Part shown: positions 28,265 to 37,686 of the stretch, piece after piece
How the letters are laid out: the number at the start of each line of letters is the position of its first letter
How positions within the stretch are numbered: position 1 is the first letter of the stretch
From: Candidatus Calescibacterium sp.
Lineage (GTDB): Bacteria > Calescibacteriota > Calescibacteriia > Calescibacteriales > Calescibacteriaceae
Length of the DNA: 40,990 nucleotides
NCBI GenBank assembly: GCA_032249135.1
Contig: JAVVGL010000018.1
Coordinates: 1-40,990, forward strand
Direction of reading: 5' to 3'
Position numbers and translations under genes: made by a program
Notes under the pieces: model-generated
Database searches by the model: none
What the model saw: only the letters and a program-made list of their open reading frames with translations
What the model was told of the DNA's origin: nothing

Positions 28265-28316
28265 AGGGGGGAGGGTCTCAATAATAAAAGAAGAAAAATT
28301 CTTTACTCCTCCCCCT
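28265..28316 (+). terminator. Long imperfect hairpin after the lipoprotein gene
   Basis: Arms AGGGGGGAGGGT / ACTCCTCCCCCT with an inner AAAGAA/TTCTTT stem. No strong U-tract. Confidence 0.45.
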
Positions 28317-28456
28317 ATTACATCTTCATCATCCTAAAAAAAGAAAAAAGAAAATGGAATTTATCTTCTGATTGGAACTAAAGTTTATATATTTTTTATA
28401 TAATATATAATTATATAAACAAAAATTTACAGGATAAAAATTTAGGAAGGAAGATC

Positions 28457-28843
28457 ATGGCCGACAAAAAAACAGCACTTGTAGTTGACGATTCAGAAAT
28501 AGTAAGAAAAATCATGTCAAATCTTGTAAGCAAACTTGGATTTCAAGTAATAGAAGCAGTAGATGGGATAGATGCGATAGAGAAATCCCTTGAGCACGAT
28601 GTAAAACTTTTTGTTGTTGATATTAACATGCCGGGGCTTGATGGAATATCTTTTGTAAAGCGCCTCAGAAAAACCGCAAAATATAAAGATACACCTGTGG
28701 TTATAGTATCAACGGAAAGCGATGAAAAAGACATAAAAATGGCATTTGAAGCCGGTGCAGACCTATATTTTACAAAACCTGTAAAAATTGATAATTTTCT
28801 CCAAAAAGTAGAAAATCTTATAAAAATCAAAGGTATTGAATAA
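28457..28843 (+). CDS. Single-domain response regulator (CheY-like)
   Basis: LVVDDS, VDINMPGLDG (phosphoacceptor Asp), VST, TKP. Confidence 0.88.
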   Translation: MADKKTALVVDDSEIVRKIMSNLVSKLGFQVIEAVDGIDAIEKSLEHDVKLFVVDINMPGLDGISFVKRLRKTAKYKDTPVVIVSTESDEKDIKMAFEAGADLYFTKPVKIDNFLQKVENLIKIKGIE

Positions 28844-28891
28844 AAAAACCTGTTTTTTACGCTCGCATTCCAATTTTGTTTTATTTTTGGA

Positions 28892-28920
28892 TTTACTCAC
28901 AAAAACAAAAAGTATATAAT
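28892..28920 (+). promoter_or_regulatory. Sigma70-type promoter for the tuf operon
   Basis: TTTACT-17 nt-TATAAT, followed by SD TAAGGAGG (28928-28935) and ATG at 28944. Confidence 0.55.
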
Positions 28921-28943
28921 TTTTTAATAAGGAGGTAAAAATT

Positions 28944-30146
28944 ATGGCAAAGGCAAAGTTTGAAAGAAAAAAACCACATGTAAATATAGGAACAATAGGA
29001 CATGTTGACCACGGAAAAACTACCCTTACATCTGCAATCACCAAAGTTCTTTCACAACACGGATTAGCCCAGTTTTTGCGTTACGAGGATATAGATAAAG
29101 CACCAGAAGAAAGGGCAAGAGGACTAACAATAAATATAACACATGTTGAGTATGAAACGGAAAAAAGACACTATGCACATATAGATTGTCCCGGACACGC
29201 AGATTATGTAAAAAACATGATTACAGGTGCTGCTCAGATGGATGGTGCTATACTTGTTGTCGCAGCAACAGACGGTGCAATGCCTCAAACGCGAGAACAT
29301 ATCCTACTTGCAAGGCAAGTCAACGTCGGCAAAATCGTAGTCTTCATAAACAAAATAGATGATGTTGACGATCCAGAAATAATTGATCTCGTTGAAGCAG
29401 AGGTCAGAGACCTTCTGACAAAATATGGATTCCCCGGAGATGAAATCCCAGTTATAAAAGGGAGCGCTTTAAAAGCTGTTCAGTGCGGATGTGGAAAAAG
29501 AGAGTGTCAGTGGTGCGGTAAAATCTGGGAGCTCCTTGACGCAGTAGACTCATATATAGAAGAACCCGTAAGAGAAGTTGACAAACCTTTCCTTATGCCG
29601 ATAGAAGATGTATTCCTTATACAAGGTAGAGGAACTGTCGTTACAGGAAAAGTAGAAAGAGGAACACTAAAACCCGGAGAAGAAGTAGAAATAGTAGGGG
29701 GAAGCGACAGACCTTTGAAAACGGTAGCAGTATCATTAGAGATGTTCAGGAAAACTCTTGATGAAGCTCTACCAGGAGATAATATAGGAATACTTTTGAG
29801 AGGAGTATCAAAAGATGAAGTTTGGCGCGGTCAGGTTGTCGCAAAACCAGGAACAATAAAACCACATAAGAAATTCAAAGCACAAGTTTATGTTCTGACA
29901 AAAGAAGAAGGAGGAAGACATACTCCGTTTTACTCTCATTACAAGCCCCAATTTTATATAAGAACAGCTGATATAACTGGTGAGATAATTCTTCCGGAGG
30001 GAGTAGAAATGGTTATGCCTGGAGATAATGTTGAGCTCACAATAGAGCTTATAGAATATGCTGCTATCGAGCCTGGACTGCGTTTTGCTATAAGAGAAGG
30101 TGGAAAAACAGTAGGAGCAGGAGTAGTTACAGAAATACTTGACTGA
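28944..30146 (+). CDS. tuf: Elongation factor Tu
   Basis: [22 protein letters not shown], and C-terminal [10 protein letters not shown]. Confidence 0.99.
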   Translation: MAKAKFERKKPHVNIGTIGHVDHGKTTLTSAITKVLSQHGLAQFLRYEDIDKAPEERARGLTINITHVEYETEKRHYAHIDCPGHADYVKNMITGAAQMDGAILVVAATDGAMPQTREHILLARQVNVGKIVVFINKIDDVDDPEIIDLVEAEVRDLLTKYGFPGDEIPVIKGSALKAVQCGCGKRECQWCGKIWELLDAVDSYIEEPVREVDKPFLMPIEDVFLIQGRGTVVTGKVERGTLKPGEEVEIVGGSDRPLKTVAVSLEMFRKTLDEALPGDNIGILLRGVSKDEVWRGQVVAKPGTIKPHKKFKAQVYVLTKEEGGRHTPFYSHYKPQFYIRTADITGEIILPEGVEMVMPGDNVELTIELIEYAAIEPGLRFAIREGGKTVGAGVVTEILD

Positions 30147-30147
30147 T

Positions 30148-30300
30148 ATGGCACGGGAACCAATAGAACTTGAATGTACAGAATGTGGGCGGAGAAACTA
30201 CTCAACAACTAAAAATACACATAAAAAAAGAGAGAAACTGGAACTCCAAAAGTTCTGCAAACAATGTAGAAAACATACAGTGCATAGAGAAGTAAAATAA
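30148..30300 (+). CDS. rpmG: 50S ribosomal protein L33 (zinc-binding C+ form); absent from the ORF track
   Basis: MAREPIELECTECGRRNYSTTKNTHKKREKLELQKFCKQCRKHTVHREVK, in the usual position after tuf. Confidence 0.96.
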   Translation: MAREPIELECTECGRRNYSTTKNTHKKREKLELQKFCKQCRKHTVHREVK

Positions 30301-30319
30301 TAAAAAAGGAAATTTTTAA

Positions 30320-30393
30320 AGGCCCGTAGCTCAAGAAGGTAGAGCATCGGATTCCAAATCCGAAGGTTGTGGGTTCGAGTCCCACCGGGCCTA
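30320..30393 (+). tRNA. tRNA-Trp (CCA)
   Basis: Acceptor stem AGGCCCG/CGGGCCT, D stem GCTC/GAGC, anticodon stem TCGGA/TCCGA with loop TT-CCA-AA, T arm GTGGG-TTCGAGT-CCCAC. Lies between rpmG and secE. Confidence 0.97.
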
Positions 30394-30402
30394 CCCAAAA
30401 AT

Positions 30403-30582
30403 ATGGAAAAAATAAAAAGGTTTATTCAAGAAGCTATATCAGAAACGAAAAAAGTTGAATTTCCTAACTCAGAGGTTGTAAGAATAACAACAATCGCTGT
30501 CATTTCTATGAGCTTTATAGTAGCCGGAATAATAGGTATAATAGACTTTATCTTCTCAAGAATATTCAAACTCATATTCTGA
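30403..30582 (+). CDS. secE: Preprotein translocase subunit SecE
   Basis: ETKKVEFP motif followed by one TM helix and IID. Start re-called to ATG 30403. Directly upstream of nusG. Confidence 0.92.
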   Translation: MEKIKRFIQEAISETKKVEFPNSEVVRITTIAVISMSFIVAGIIGIIDFIFSRIFKLIF

Positions 30583-30595
30583 AAGGAGGCAAAAA

Positions 30596-31189
30596 ATGGT
30601 AGAAGAAAAAGAAATATCAGTAAAAGAAATTAATCAAGAAAATCAGCAAGAAGAGGAAAAAGCTAAGTGGTGGATCATAAGAGTAAAAAGCGGGAAGGAA
30701 GACCTTGTGAAGGCTGAAATAGAAAAGTTGGCACAACAAGAAAGCAAAATAAAACAAGTATTCACACCAGAAGAAGAGCAGAAAGTAAAAAGGAAAGATA
30801 AAAAGGGAGAAGAAAAAGAGGTCTTGATAAAGAAAAAGTTGATTTCAGGTTATGTGTATGTTAAAATGGAACTCGATGAGCAACTATGGAATAAAATAAG
30901 GAAAATCCCAAATGTAATTGCACTCGTGGGTGAAAGAGGATTCCCACTCCCTATATCATCAGAGAAAATAGAATCTCTGCAAAATAAAACCGCAGCAGGA
31001 GAAATAAGAAAAATTTTCAGCTTGTCAATTGGAGACAGAGTCAGAATAAAATCAGGTCCTCTCAAAGGATTTGCAGGAATAGTTGAATGGCTTAATGAAG
31101 ACAAAAGTAAGGCAAGAATTCTCATCTCAATTTTTGGAAGACAAACACCAGTTGAGATAGAAACATCACATGTAGAAAAAGAAACATAA
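30596..31189 (+). CDS. nusG: Transcription termination/antitermination factor NusG
   Basis: KWWIIRVKSGKE, GYVYVKM, KOW motif GDRVRIKSGP, IFGRQTPVE. Confidence 0.95.
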   Translation: MVEEKEISVKEINQENQQEEEKAKWWIIRVKSGKEDLVKAEIEKLAQQESKIKQVFTPEEEQKVKRKDKKGEEKEVLIKKKLISGYVYVKMELDEQLWNKIRKIPNVIALVGERGFPLPISSEKIESLQNKTAAGEIRKIFSLSIGDRVRIKSGPLKGFAGIVEWLNEDKSKARILISIFGRQTPVEIETSHVEKET

Positions 31190-32505
31190 TGAAGATTTCC
31201 CTCAAAGGAATAATCCATGACATAATACTATTTCAACTCGGAACCATCTGGATACTTTTTAATTTGAGGGACAAAAGGGTAACCAGCAATATATTTGAAA
31301 AGATAAGAATGATTAAAGGTATAGAAAAGAAGATAGAATCTAAAAGAGATGTTATAATTGTACATTCTTCATCTTTGGGAGAAACGAAAAATGCATTACT
31401 ATTTTCAAAATACCTGAAATCCAGACTCTCAATCCAAAATTCTTTTGATATCAAAAACACTGTATTTACAGATACAGCAAAATCACTTTTCAAAGAAACT
31501 TATCTTCTTCCACTTCCATTTTATATAACTATGAGAAATTTTTTGCCGGAAAATCTCAAACTTGTTATATTCTACGAAGGAGATCTGTGGCCGGGATACA
31601 TAATATCTGCAAAGGAAAAAGGAGCAAAAATATTAGTTGTGAGCGGAAAAATATCGGAAAGATCTGTAAAAATAATAAAAAAAACTCCCCTACCCTATAT
31701 CCTATCAAACATAGATTCAGTTTTCGCAGCATCAGAAGATTACGCAGAAAGATTTAAAGAAATAGGAATAAAAAATGTTGTAAGTTCAATAGATCTGAAG
31801 AATTTGATCTTCCTTGAAAACGAAAATAAATTCACAAACGGAGAAAGAGCAGAAGAAACAAATAAATCAAAAAAATTGAAGAAAATAAAAAAGGGAATAA
31901 TAGGAATATCAACAAGAGGGAATGAAGAAGTTGAATTCTTGATTGAAACTCAAAAGATATTAGGAGATGATTATTCTCTTTTCATAGCACCAAGACACAA
32001 TTTTGATGATGTAAAATCTTTTCTCAGTTCAAAAAACATAAAATTCGTAAGTTTTTCAGACATGCAAAAACAAAAACAAAAACAAAAAAATCAAAATAAT
32101 GAAATAGAAGAGTTAATGGAAGAAATTGCAAGTGGAAGAGGTAAAAACCAAGTTTTCATCATAGACGCATACGGTGTTGTAGATAAAATTTTAGACTATT
32201 TTCACTTTGCTTTCGTCGGTGGATCAATATTGCCGCTTGGAGGTCATAATGTTCTTGAGCCAATCTCCAGAGGGATTCTGGTCGCAACAGGGAAGCACAT
32301 ATGGAATATCCCAGAAAGAGAAGAGCTTATTAAAGAGAGAGTCTTATTCATAGTAGATAGTCCCAAGGAGCTTGCAGAACTTATAAAAAAATCAAAAAAA
32401 GAAGATATAGAAAGGGTAAAAAAATTTGTAAGTAAAAAGAAAAATGAAGTTTTGTATGAGATGAACAGAATATTAGACGAGATAAATAGAAGATTACTGA
32501 ATTGA
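31189..32505 (+). CDS. waaA: 3-deoxy-D-manno-octulosonic acid (Kdo) transferase
   Basis: VHSSSLGE, YEGDLWP, IAPRH, AFVGGSILPLGGHNVLEP. Confidence 0.85.
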   Translation: MKISLKGIIHDIILFQLGTIWILFNLRDKRVTSNIFEKIRMIKGIEKKIESKRDVIIVHSSSLGETKNALLFSKYLKSRLSIQNSFDIKNTVFTDTAKSLFKETYLLPLPFYITMRNFLPENLKLVIFYEGDLWPGYIISAKEKGAKILVVSGKISERSVKIIKKTPLPYILSNIDSVFAASEDYAERFKEIGIKNVVSSIDLKNLIFLENENKFTNGERAEETNKSKKLKKIKKGIIGISTRGNEEVEFLIETQKILGDDYSLFIAPRHNFDDVKSFLSSKNIKFVSFSDMQKQKQKQKNQNNEIEELMEEIASGRGKNQVFIIDAYGVVDKILDYFHFAFVGGSILPLGGHNVLEPISRGILVATGKHIWNIPEREELIKERVLFIVDSPKELAELIKKSKKEDIERVKKFVSKKKNEVLYEMNRILDEINRRLLN

Positions 32506-32584
32506 ACGGGTATAAATAGCTTATTGAGTTGAAAAGATAAGGAATTAATGAAATTGAGATAGATTGAAATTGAGTTAAATTGGG

Positions 32585-32657
<73 letters not shown>

Positions 32658-32720
32658 TTACAAAAATAATAATATAATTTTTACCAAAAACAAAAGAAAA
32701 AACAAAATTAAAGTTAAAAA

Positions 32721-33362
32721 ATGTATCCTATTTTTTTAAATGTAAAAGATAAATTGTGCGTTATAATAGGGGGAGGAAAAGTAGCCGAAAGGAAAATCTT
32801 AAAGCTTATCCGGGAGGGAGCAAAAGTAATAGTCATATCAAAAGAAGTAACGCAGAAGATAAAGGAGTTAGAGAAGAAAAGGAAAATAAAAAAAATAATA
32901 AATTCAGAGTATAAAGAAAATATCATACCAGATAAAGCATTACTTGTATTTGAGTGTACCGGCGATAAAAAAGTTGCAAAAAAAATAAAATCAGAATGCG
33001 AAAGTAAGGGAATTCTTGTAAATTCTGCAACATATCCGCAAATTTCAGATTTTTTTGTCCCATCATCTGTAAAGAGAGGAGGAATTCATATAAGTATATC
33101 AACAGAGGGTAAATGCTCCGCATTCTCGCGGGCATTAAGAGAAAAAATAGAAGAACAAATCTCCCCACAGCTTTCAGAGAAACTCAAAATAATATCAAAA
33201 ATAAGAAGAAAATTAATAAAAAGTGAGGGAAAGAAAGATGAGATCAAAGATAAGTTTTTACTTGAAGTATCAAGGTATGCTCTGAAAAAACCAAAAATCT
33301 CCGAAAAAGCATTCATAAAATACACAAAGAAAAAAGCTAAAAATTACGGAATAAAGTTGTAA
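32721..33362 (+). CDS. Precorrin-2 dehydrogenase / sirohydrochlorin ferrochelatase (SirC/Met8, CysG N-terminal-like)
   Basis: MYPIFLN, IIGGGKVAERK, DFFVPS, ISISTEGKCS. Confidence 0.88.
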   Translation: MYPIFLNVKDKLCVIIGGGKVAERKILKLIREGAKVIVISKEVTQKIKELEKKRKIKKIINSEYKENIIPDKALLVFECTGDKKVAKKIKSECESKGILVNSATYPQISDFFVPSSVKRGGIHISISTEGKCSAFSRALREKIEEQISPQLSEKLKIISKIRRKLIKSEGKKDEIKDKFLLEVSRYALKKPKISEKAFIKYTKKKAKNYGIKL

Positions 33363-33381
33363 ATAAATAATTTTATTTTAT

Positions 33382-33603
33382 ATGTTTGGAATAGGATGGC
33401 AAGAGCTAATTGTGATATTTATTGTTCTCCTGATTTTTGTCGGTCCGAAAAAACTCCCTGAAGTAGCCAAAAGTATATCAAAAGCAATAAGAGAGTTCGC
33501 AAGAGCAAAGGAAGAAGTGAAAAGAAATCTCTCAAAACAACTATCCATAGATGAAGACTCATACCTCGAAATAAAAGAAGAAGGAAAAGAAAAACAAGAT
33601 TAG
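33382..33603 (+). CDS. Twin-arginine translocase TatA/TatB-family subunit
   Basis: MFGIGWQELIVIFIVLLIFVGPKKLPEVAK. Confidence 0.92.
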   Translation: MFGIGWQELIVIFIVLLIFVGPKKLPEVAKSISKAIREFARAKEEVKRNLSKQLSIDEDSYLEIKEEGKEKQD

Positions 33604-34955
33604 AGCATATATTTTGCTAAATTCTCATCTTTCAAAAGTGGTTCAATTTTTTCTCTTACATATTTACCATCAATTATTATTTTCCTACCTTTAAGGTATG
33701 GAGCATCAAAAGATATATCCTCCATAACTTTTTCTACGACCGTATAAAGTCTTCTTGCTCCGATGTTTTCTTGGGTCTCGTTTATTTTCGCTGCATACTC
33801 GGCTATTTGTTCTATCGCATCTTCTGTAAAATCTACTTGAACATCCTCTGTCTTTAGAAGAATCTGATAGTGCCTTATAGGAGAGTTATCTGTAAGTTTC
33901 AAGATTCTCACAAAATCGTCTTTTGTGAGAGGTTTCAACTCAACCCTTATCGGCAGCCTACCTTGAAGCTCAGGTATAAGCTCAGAAGGAGAAGCAACAT
34001 GAAATGCCCCCGCAGCTATGAAAAGAATAAAATCTGTTCTCACAGGTCCATACCTTGTATTTACTGTTGTGCCTTCTATTATTGGTAGTAAATCCCTTTG
34101 AACCCCCTCCCCCGAGACATCTGGTCCGTGCCCCCGCGGATTTATAAGCTTGTCTATTTCGTCTATAAAAACTATTCCTTTATTCTCAACCTTCCAAAGA
34201 GCTTTTTTTATTATTTCATCAAGGTTCAACATTTTCTCTGATTCTATTTCTTCAAGTACTTTTATTGCATCTTGAACCTTCATCACCTTCTTTTTCTTTC
34301 TCTTTGGTAGCAAAGAAGACATAATAGACCTTATTTGTTCCTCTATTTGTTCCATTCCGGGGACAAACGAAGCTGCTACGACATCAACTAATTGATTTTC
34401 TTCTACTTCTACTGCTATGACTTCATTATCAAATTTACCCTCAAAAAAATTTTGAATAACTTCTCCTTTCCTTTCAGGAGGTATATTTTTCTGTTCCATT
34501 ATTGCATTTATGATTTTCTCAATAGCTATTTTTCTTGCCCTATCCCTAACCTGTCTTTTAGCCTTAATTTTTTCTTCTGACACTGCAACATTAACGAGGT
34601 CTCTTATTATAGATTCAACATCTCTGCCTACATATCCTACTTCTGTGTATTTTGTTGCTTCAACTTTTATAAATGGTGCATCAACAAGTTTTGCTATTCT
34701 TCTTGATATTTCAGTTTTACCCACGCCTGTTGGACCTATCATGAGGATGTTTTTTGGAGTTATCTCCTCCCGCAAGTTTTCAGGTAGTTTCATCCTCCTT
34801 ATTCTGTTTCTCAAAGCTATCGCTATCGCCTTTTTGGCTTCATCCTGACCCACTATGTATTTTGAAAGGTAATCTACAATCTCCCTTGGTGTTAGTTCCG
34901 ACTCCTCTACCTTCTTTATTGATTCTTCCTCTGCGTATTCTATTGCTTGTCTCAT
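33600..34955 (-). CDS. hslU: ATP-dependent protease ATPase subunit HslU (ClpY)
   Basis: LTPREIV, GPTGVGKTE, EVGYVGRDVES, FIDEIDK, GARRL. Confidence 0.97.
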   Translation of the reverse strand: MRQAIEYAEEESIKKVEESELTPREIVDYLSKYIVGQDEAKKAIAIALRNRIRRMKLPENLREEITPKNILMIGPTGVGKTEISRRIAKLVDAPFIKVEATKYTEVGYVGRDVESIIRDLVNVAVSEEKIKAKRQVRDRARKIAIEKIINAIMEQKNIPPERKGEVIQNFFEGKFDNEVIAVEVEENQLVDVVAASFVPGMEQIEEQIRSIMSSLLPKRKKKKVMKVQDAIKVLEEIESEKMLNLDEIIKKALWKVENKGIVFIDEIDKLINPRGHGPDVSGEGVQRDLLPIIEGTTVNTRYGPVRTDFILFIAAGAFHVASPSELIPELQGRLPIRVELKPLTKDDFVRILKLTDNSPIRHYQILLKTEDVQVDFTEDAIEQIAEYAAKINETQENIGARRLYTVVEKVMEDISFDAPYLKGRKIIIDGKYVREKIEPLLKDENLAKYML

Positions 34956-35042
34956 CTAATCTAATTTTACTTCATTTATCTACCCGCAACAAAAGGGCTG
35001 AAAGATTTACAATTTCTATTTACAATTTTTGTATTTTTCCAC

Positions 35043-35066
35043 AAAAAAAAAAAAAAAAAAAAAAAA
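35043..35066. repeat. Poly(A)24 homopolymer in the divergent hslU/cheB intergenic region
   Basis: Counted directly. It is by far the longest homopolymer I saw in the window. Confidence 0.9.
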
Positions 35067-35101
35067 TAATATTTATTATAAATAATAATCTTTTTTTTAC
35101 T

Positions 35102-36178
35102 ATGCCTGTAAGGGTTCTTATTGTTGATGACTCTGCATTTATAAGAAAAGCTCTAGCAGATATATTGAGAAAAGATAGCGATATTCAAGTTGTTGGAGAG
35201 GCAAAAGACGGTGACGAAGCAATTGAAAAATTCAAAGAACTAAGACCTGATGTGATAACTCTGGATTACGAAATGCCAAAAAAGAACGGGATAGAAGTTA
35301 TAAGAGAGATAATGAAAATAAAGCCGACTCCTATCGTTATGATATCATCTTATACGAAGGAGGGAGCTTTGATAACTTTGAAATGTCTTGAAGAGGGAGC
35401 CATTGATTTTATATCAAAAGATATAGAAAAAGGAACATTAGAAGTTATAAGAAAAGGTAAGGAGATAATAGAAAAGGTAAAAAATGCGGCAAAAGCTCGT
35501 ATCCAGGTTAGAGCCAAACTCGAACCGAAAGAGGTAGAATATATAAGACCTCGCACAGAAGATATAAGACTTCGTCCAGAAAAAAAAATTGAAGAAAAAA
35601 GAGTATATGATAAAACTTTGAAAAAACTTATAGTGATTGGTGCATCAACAGGAGGTCCAAACACAGTTATTGACATATTATCTACTTTGCCTCCATTACC
35701 TGCTGCTATTTTAGTTGTAATACATATGCCACCCATTTTTACCGAAATCTACGCTCAAAGATTGGCAGAAAGAACGGGGTTCCCAGCAAAAGAAGCACAA
35801 GACGGAGATAAATTAGAAGCAGGAAAAATTTTTGTCGCACCCGGAGGTAAACACATAAAAGTGATGAAAGGGGGAATAATAAAAATAATAAATGAGCTTC
35901 CCGATGCAATATATAAACCATCAATTGACCTTGCAATAGAATCTGCTGCTGAGGTTTTCAGACAAGATACAATCGCTGTAATATTGACAGGTATGGGAAA
36001 CGATGGAGCAAAAGGTATAAGAAAAGTTAAAGAGTTCGGTGGCAAGGTTATCGCAGAAAGTGAAAAGAGTGCCATTGTTTTTGGTATGCCAAGAGCCGCC
36101 GCTGAAACGGGACTCGTTGACTATATTGAAGATGCTCATAGAATACCAGGTATTTTAGAAAAGCTTGTTATATCTTAA
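35102..36178 (+). CDS. cheB: Chemotaxis response regulator protein-glutamate methylesterase
   Basis: Start re-called to MPVRVLIVDDSAF. Receiver motif LDYEMP; esterase triad motifs GASTGG, HMP and GMGNDG. Confidence 0.96.
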   Translation: MPVRVLIVDDSAFIRKALADILRKDSDIQVVGEAKDGDEAIEKFKELRPDVITLDYEMPKKNGIEVIREIMKIKPTPIVMISSYTKEGALITLKCLEEGAIDFISKDIEKGTLEVIRKGKEIIEKVKNAAKARIQVRAKLEPKEVEYIRPRTEDIRLRPEKKIEEKRVYDKTLKKLIVIGASTGGPNTVIDILSTLPPLPAAILVVIHMPPIFTEIYAQRLAERTGFPAKEAQDGDKLEAGKIFVAPGGKHIKVMKGGIIKIINELPDAIYKPSIDLAIESAAEVFRQDTIAVILTGMGNDGAKGIRKVKEFGGKVIAESEKSAIVFGMPRAAAETGLVDYIEDAHRIPGILEKLVIS

Positions 36179-36196
36179 TTTGAAAAAGTAAAAAAC

Positions 36197-37657
36197 ATGG
36201 ATTTGAATTTAAATAAGGTTTCTGATTTTGAGGATTTTGAAGCAGTTTGCGGTCTTGAAATTCATGTTCAACTCAAAACAAAAACTAAACTCTTCTGTCC
36301 CTGCCCAAGAGAATTTACGAATATTCCCAACTTGAATATATGTCCAATATGTGTTGGGTTGCCTGGTGTTTTACCTTATCCGAACAGACAAGCTGTGGTC
36401 TTGGCTGTAAGAGCTTCTCTATTGCTCAACATGAAGATAAACAGAAAAAGCTTTTTTGAGCGCAAAAACTATTTTTATCCAGACCTACCAAAAAACTACC
36501 AGATATCCCAATATAGAATCCCTCTTGCTGAGGATGGCTTTCTTGAAATAGAAGTTAATGGAAACAAAAAGAAAATAGGCATTCAAAGACTACACATGGA
36601 AGAAGATGCAGGAAAAATGATTCACGGAGAAGGTTTAAGTTATGTTGATTTTTCAAGGAGTGGAACACCGCTCATTGAGATAGTCACAAAACCTGATATA
36701 TCTTCACCAGATGAAGCCTATGCTTTTCTCACAAAGCTGCACAAATTACTTGTTTGGTGCGATATTACAGAAGGAAGTATGGAGGAAGGAAATTTGAGGT
36801 GTGATGTTAATGTTTCGGTAAAACCTCGGGGAGTACAAAAGCTTGGAACAAAAGTTGAAATAAAGAATGTGAATTCTTTCAGATTCATAAAAGAAGCGAT
36901 TGATTACGAGATAAAAAGACAAATCTCGGTTATAAAGTCAGGAGGAAAAATAGAGCAGGAAACCAGAGGTTATGATTCTTTTCAGAAGAAAACTTTCACT
37001 ATGCGTTCAAAAGAATATGCTCACGATTACAGATATTTCCCAGAACCCGACATTTTACCTCTTTATATTTCAGATGATATAATAGAAGATGCAAAATCCG
37101 GTATTCCGGAACTTCCAGACGATATGAAAAAAAGATTTATTAATGATTATGGACTTTCTCAATATGCTGCTGATGTTCTAACATCCGACAAAAAGATCGC
37201 TCTACTTTTTGAGGATTTGGCAAAAGATTTTGAAGATAAAAAGTTAGTTTCAAGTTTCGTTCTTGAAGAAGTGATGAGAGCTATAAATGATGGAATATGC
37301 GACATAAATAAAGATGAAGATAAAATACTTTTACTTGATTATTCAAGGGAAGTTTTAAAGAGTATAGTTGCTGGAGTAATTACTCGAAACGCAGGAAAAG
37401 AAGCTTTCAGAGAGGCAATTTTAAAAAAAGAAAATATATCAGAAGCCATAGAAAAAAGAAAAAAAGATTTATCTGAAAATCTGGTTGAATCCGCTGTTCT
37501 GCAAGTTCTTCAAGAAAATCCAAAAGAAGTTGAAAGGTATAAATCCGGCGAAAAAAAACTTATTGGATTTTTTATCGGTGAAGTTATGAAAAAATTAGAA
37601 AAAAAAGCTGACCCAAAAGTTGTAAAAAGTATCATTGAGAAAAAACTTGAATCTTAA
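36197..37657 (+). CDS. gatB: Asp-tRNA(Asn)/Glu-tRNA(Gln) amidotransferase subunit B
   Basis: GLEIHVQL, RKNYFYPDLPKNYQISQ, HMEEDAGK, EEGNLRCDVNVS, YRYFPEPD. Confidence 0.97.
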   Translation: MDLNLNKVSDFEDFEAVCGLEIHVQLKTKTKLFCPCPREFTNIPNLNICPICVGLPGVLPYPNRQAVVLAVRASLLLNMKINRKSFFERKNYFYPDLPKNYQISQYRIPLAEDGFLEIEVNGNKKKIGIQRLHMEEDAGKMIHGEGLSYVDFSRSGTPLIEIVTKPDISSPDEAYAFLTKLHKLLVWCDITEGSMEEGNLRCDVNVSVKPRGVQKLGTKVEIKNVNSFRFIKEAIDYEIKRQISVIKSGGKIEQETRGYDSFQKKTFTMRSKEYAHDYRYFPEPDILPLYISDDIIEDAKSGIPELPDDMKKRFINDYGLSQYAADVLTSDKKIALLFEDLAKDFEDKKLVSSFVLEEVMRAINDGICDINKDEDKILLLDYSREVLKSIVAGVITRNAGKEAFREAILKKENISEAIEKRKKDLSENLVESAVLQVLQENPKEVERYKSGEKKLIGFFIGEVMKKLEKKADPKVVKSIIEKKLES

Positions 37658-37686
37658 AAAAAGAAAAATTGCAAAAAATTTATCCT

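Noticed and set aside
28372..28390. Sigma54 promoter upstream of the cheY-like gene (TGGAAC-N5-TTTAT)
   Set aside because: The invariant -12 GC is missing.
30367..30402. Longer SecE start and ORFs overlapping the tRNAs (30198..30398, 32244..32642, 32381..32620)
   Set aside because: These are translations of tRNA sequence or antisense shadows.
32500..32584. Integration site or mobile element at the tRNA-Thr 3' end (several ATTGA-like repeats)
   Set aside because: No integrase and no second copy of the tRNA 3' end were seen in the window. The repeats are short and low-complexity.
34754..35101. 116-aa N-terminal extension of CheB in the ORF track
   Set aside because: It overlaps hslU antisense and reads through the poly(A) tract. 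The receiver domain starts at ATG 35102.
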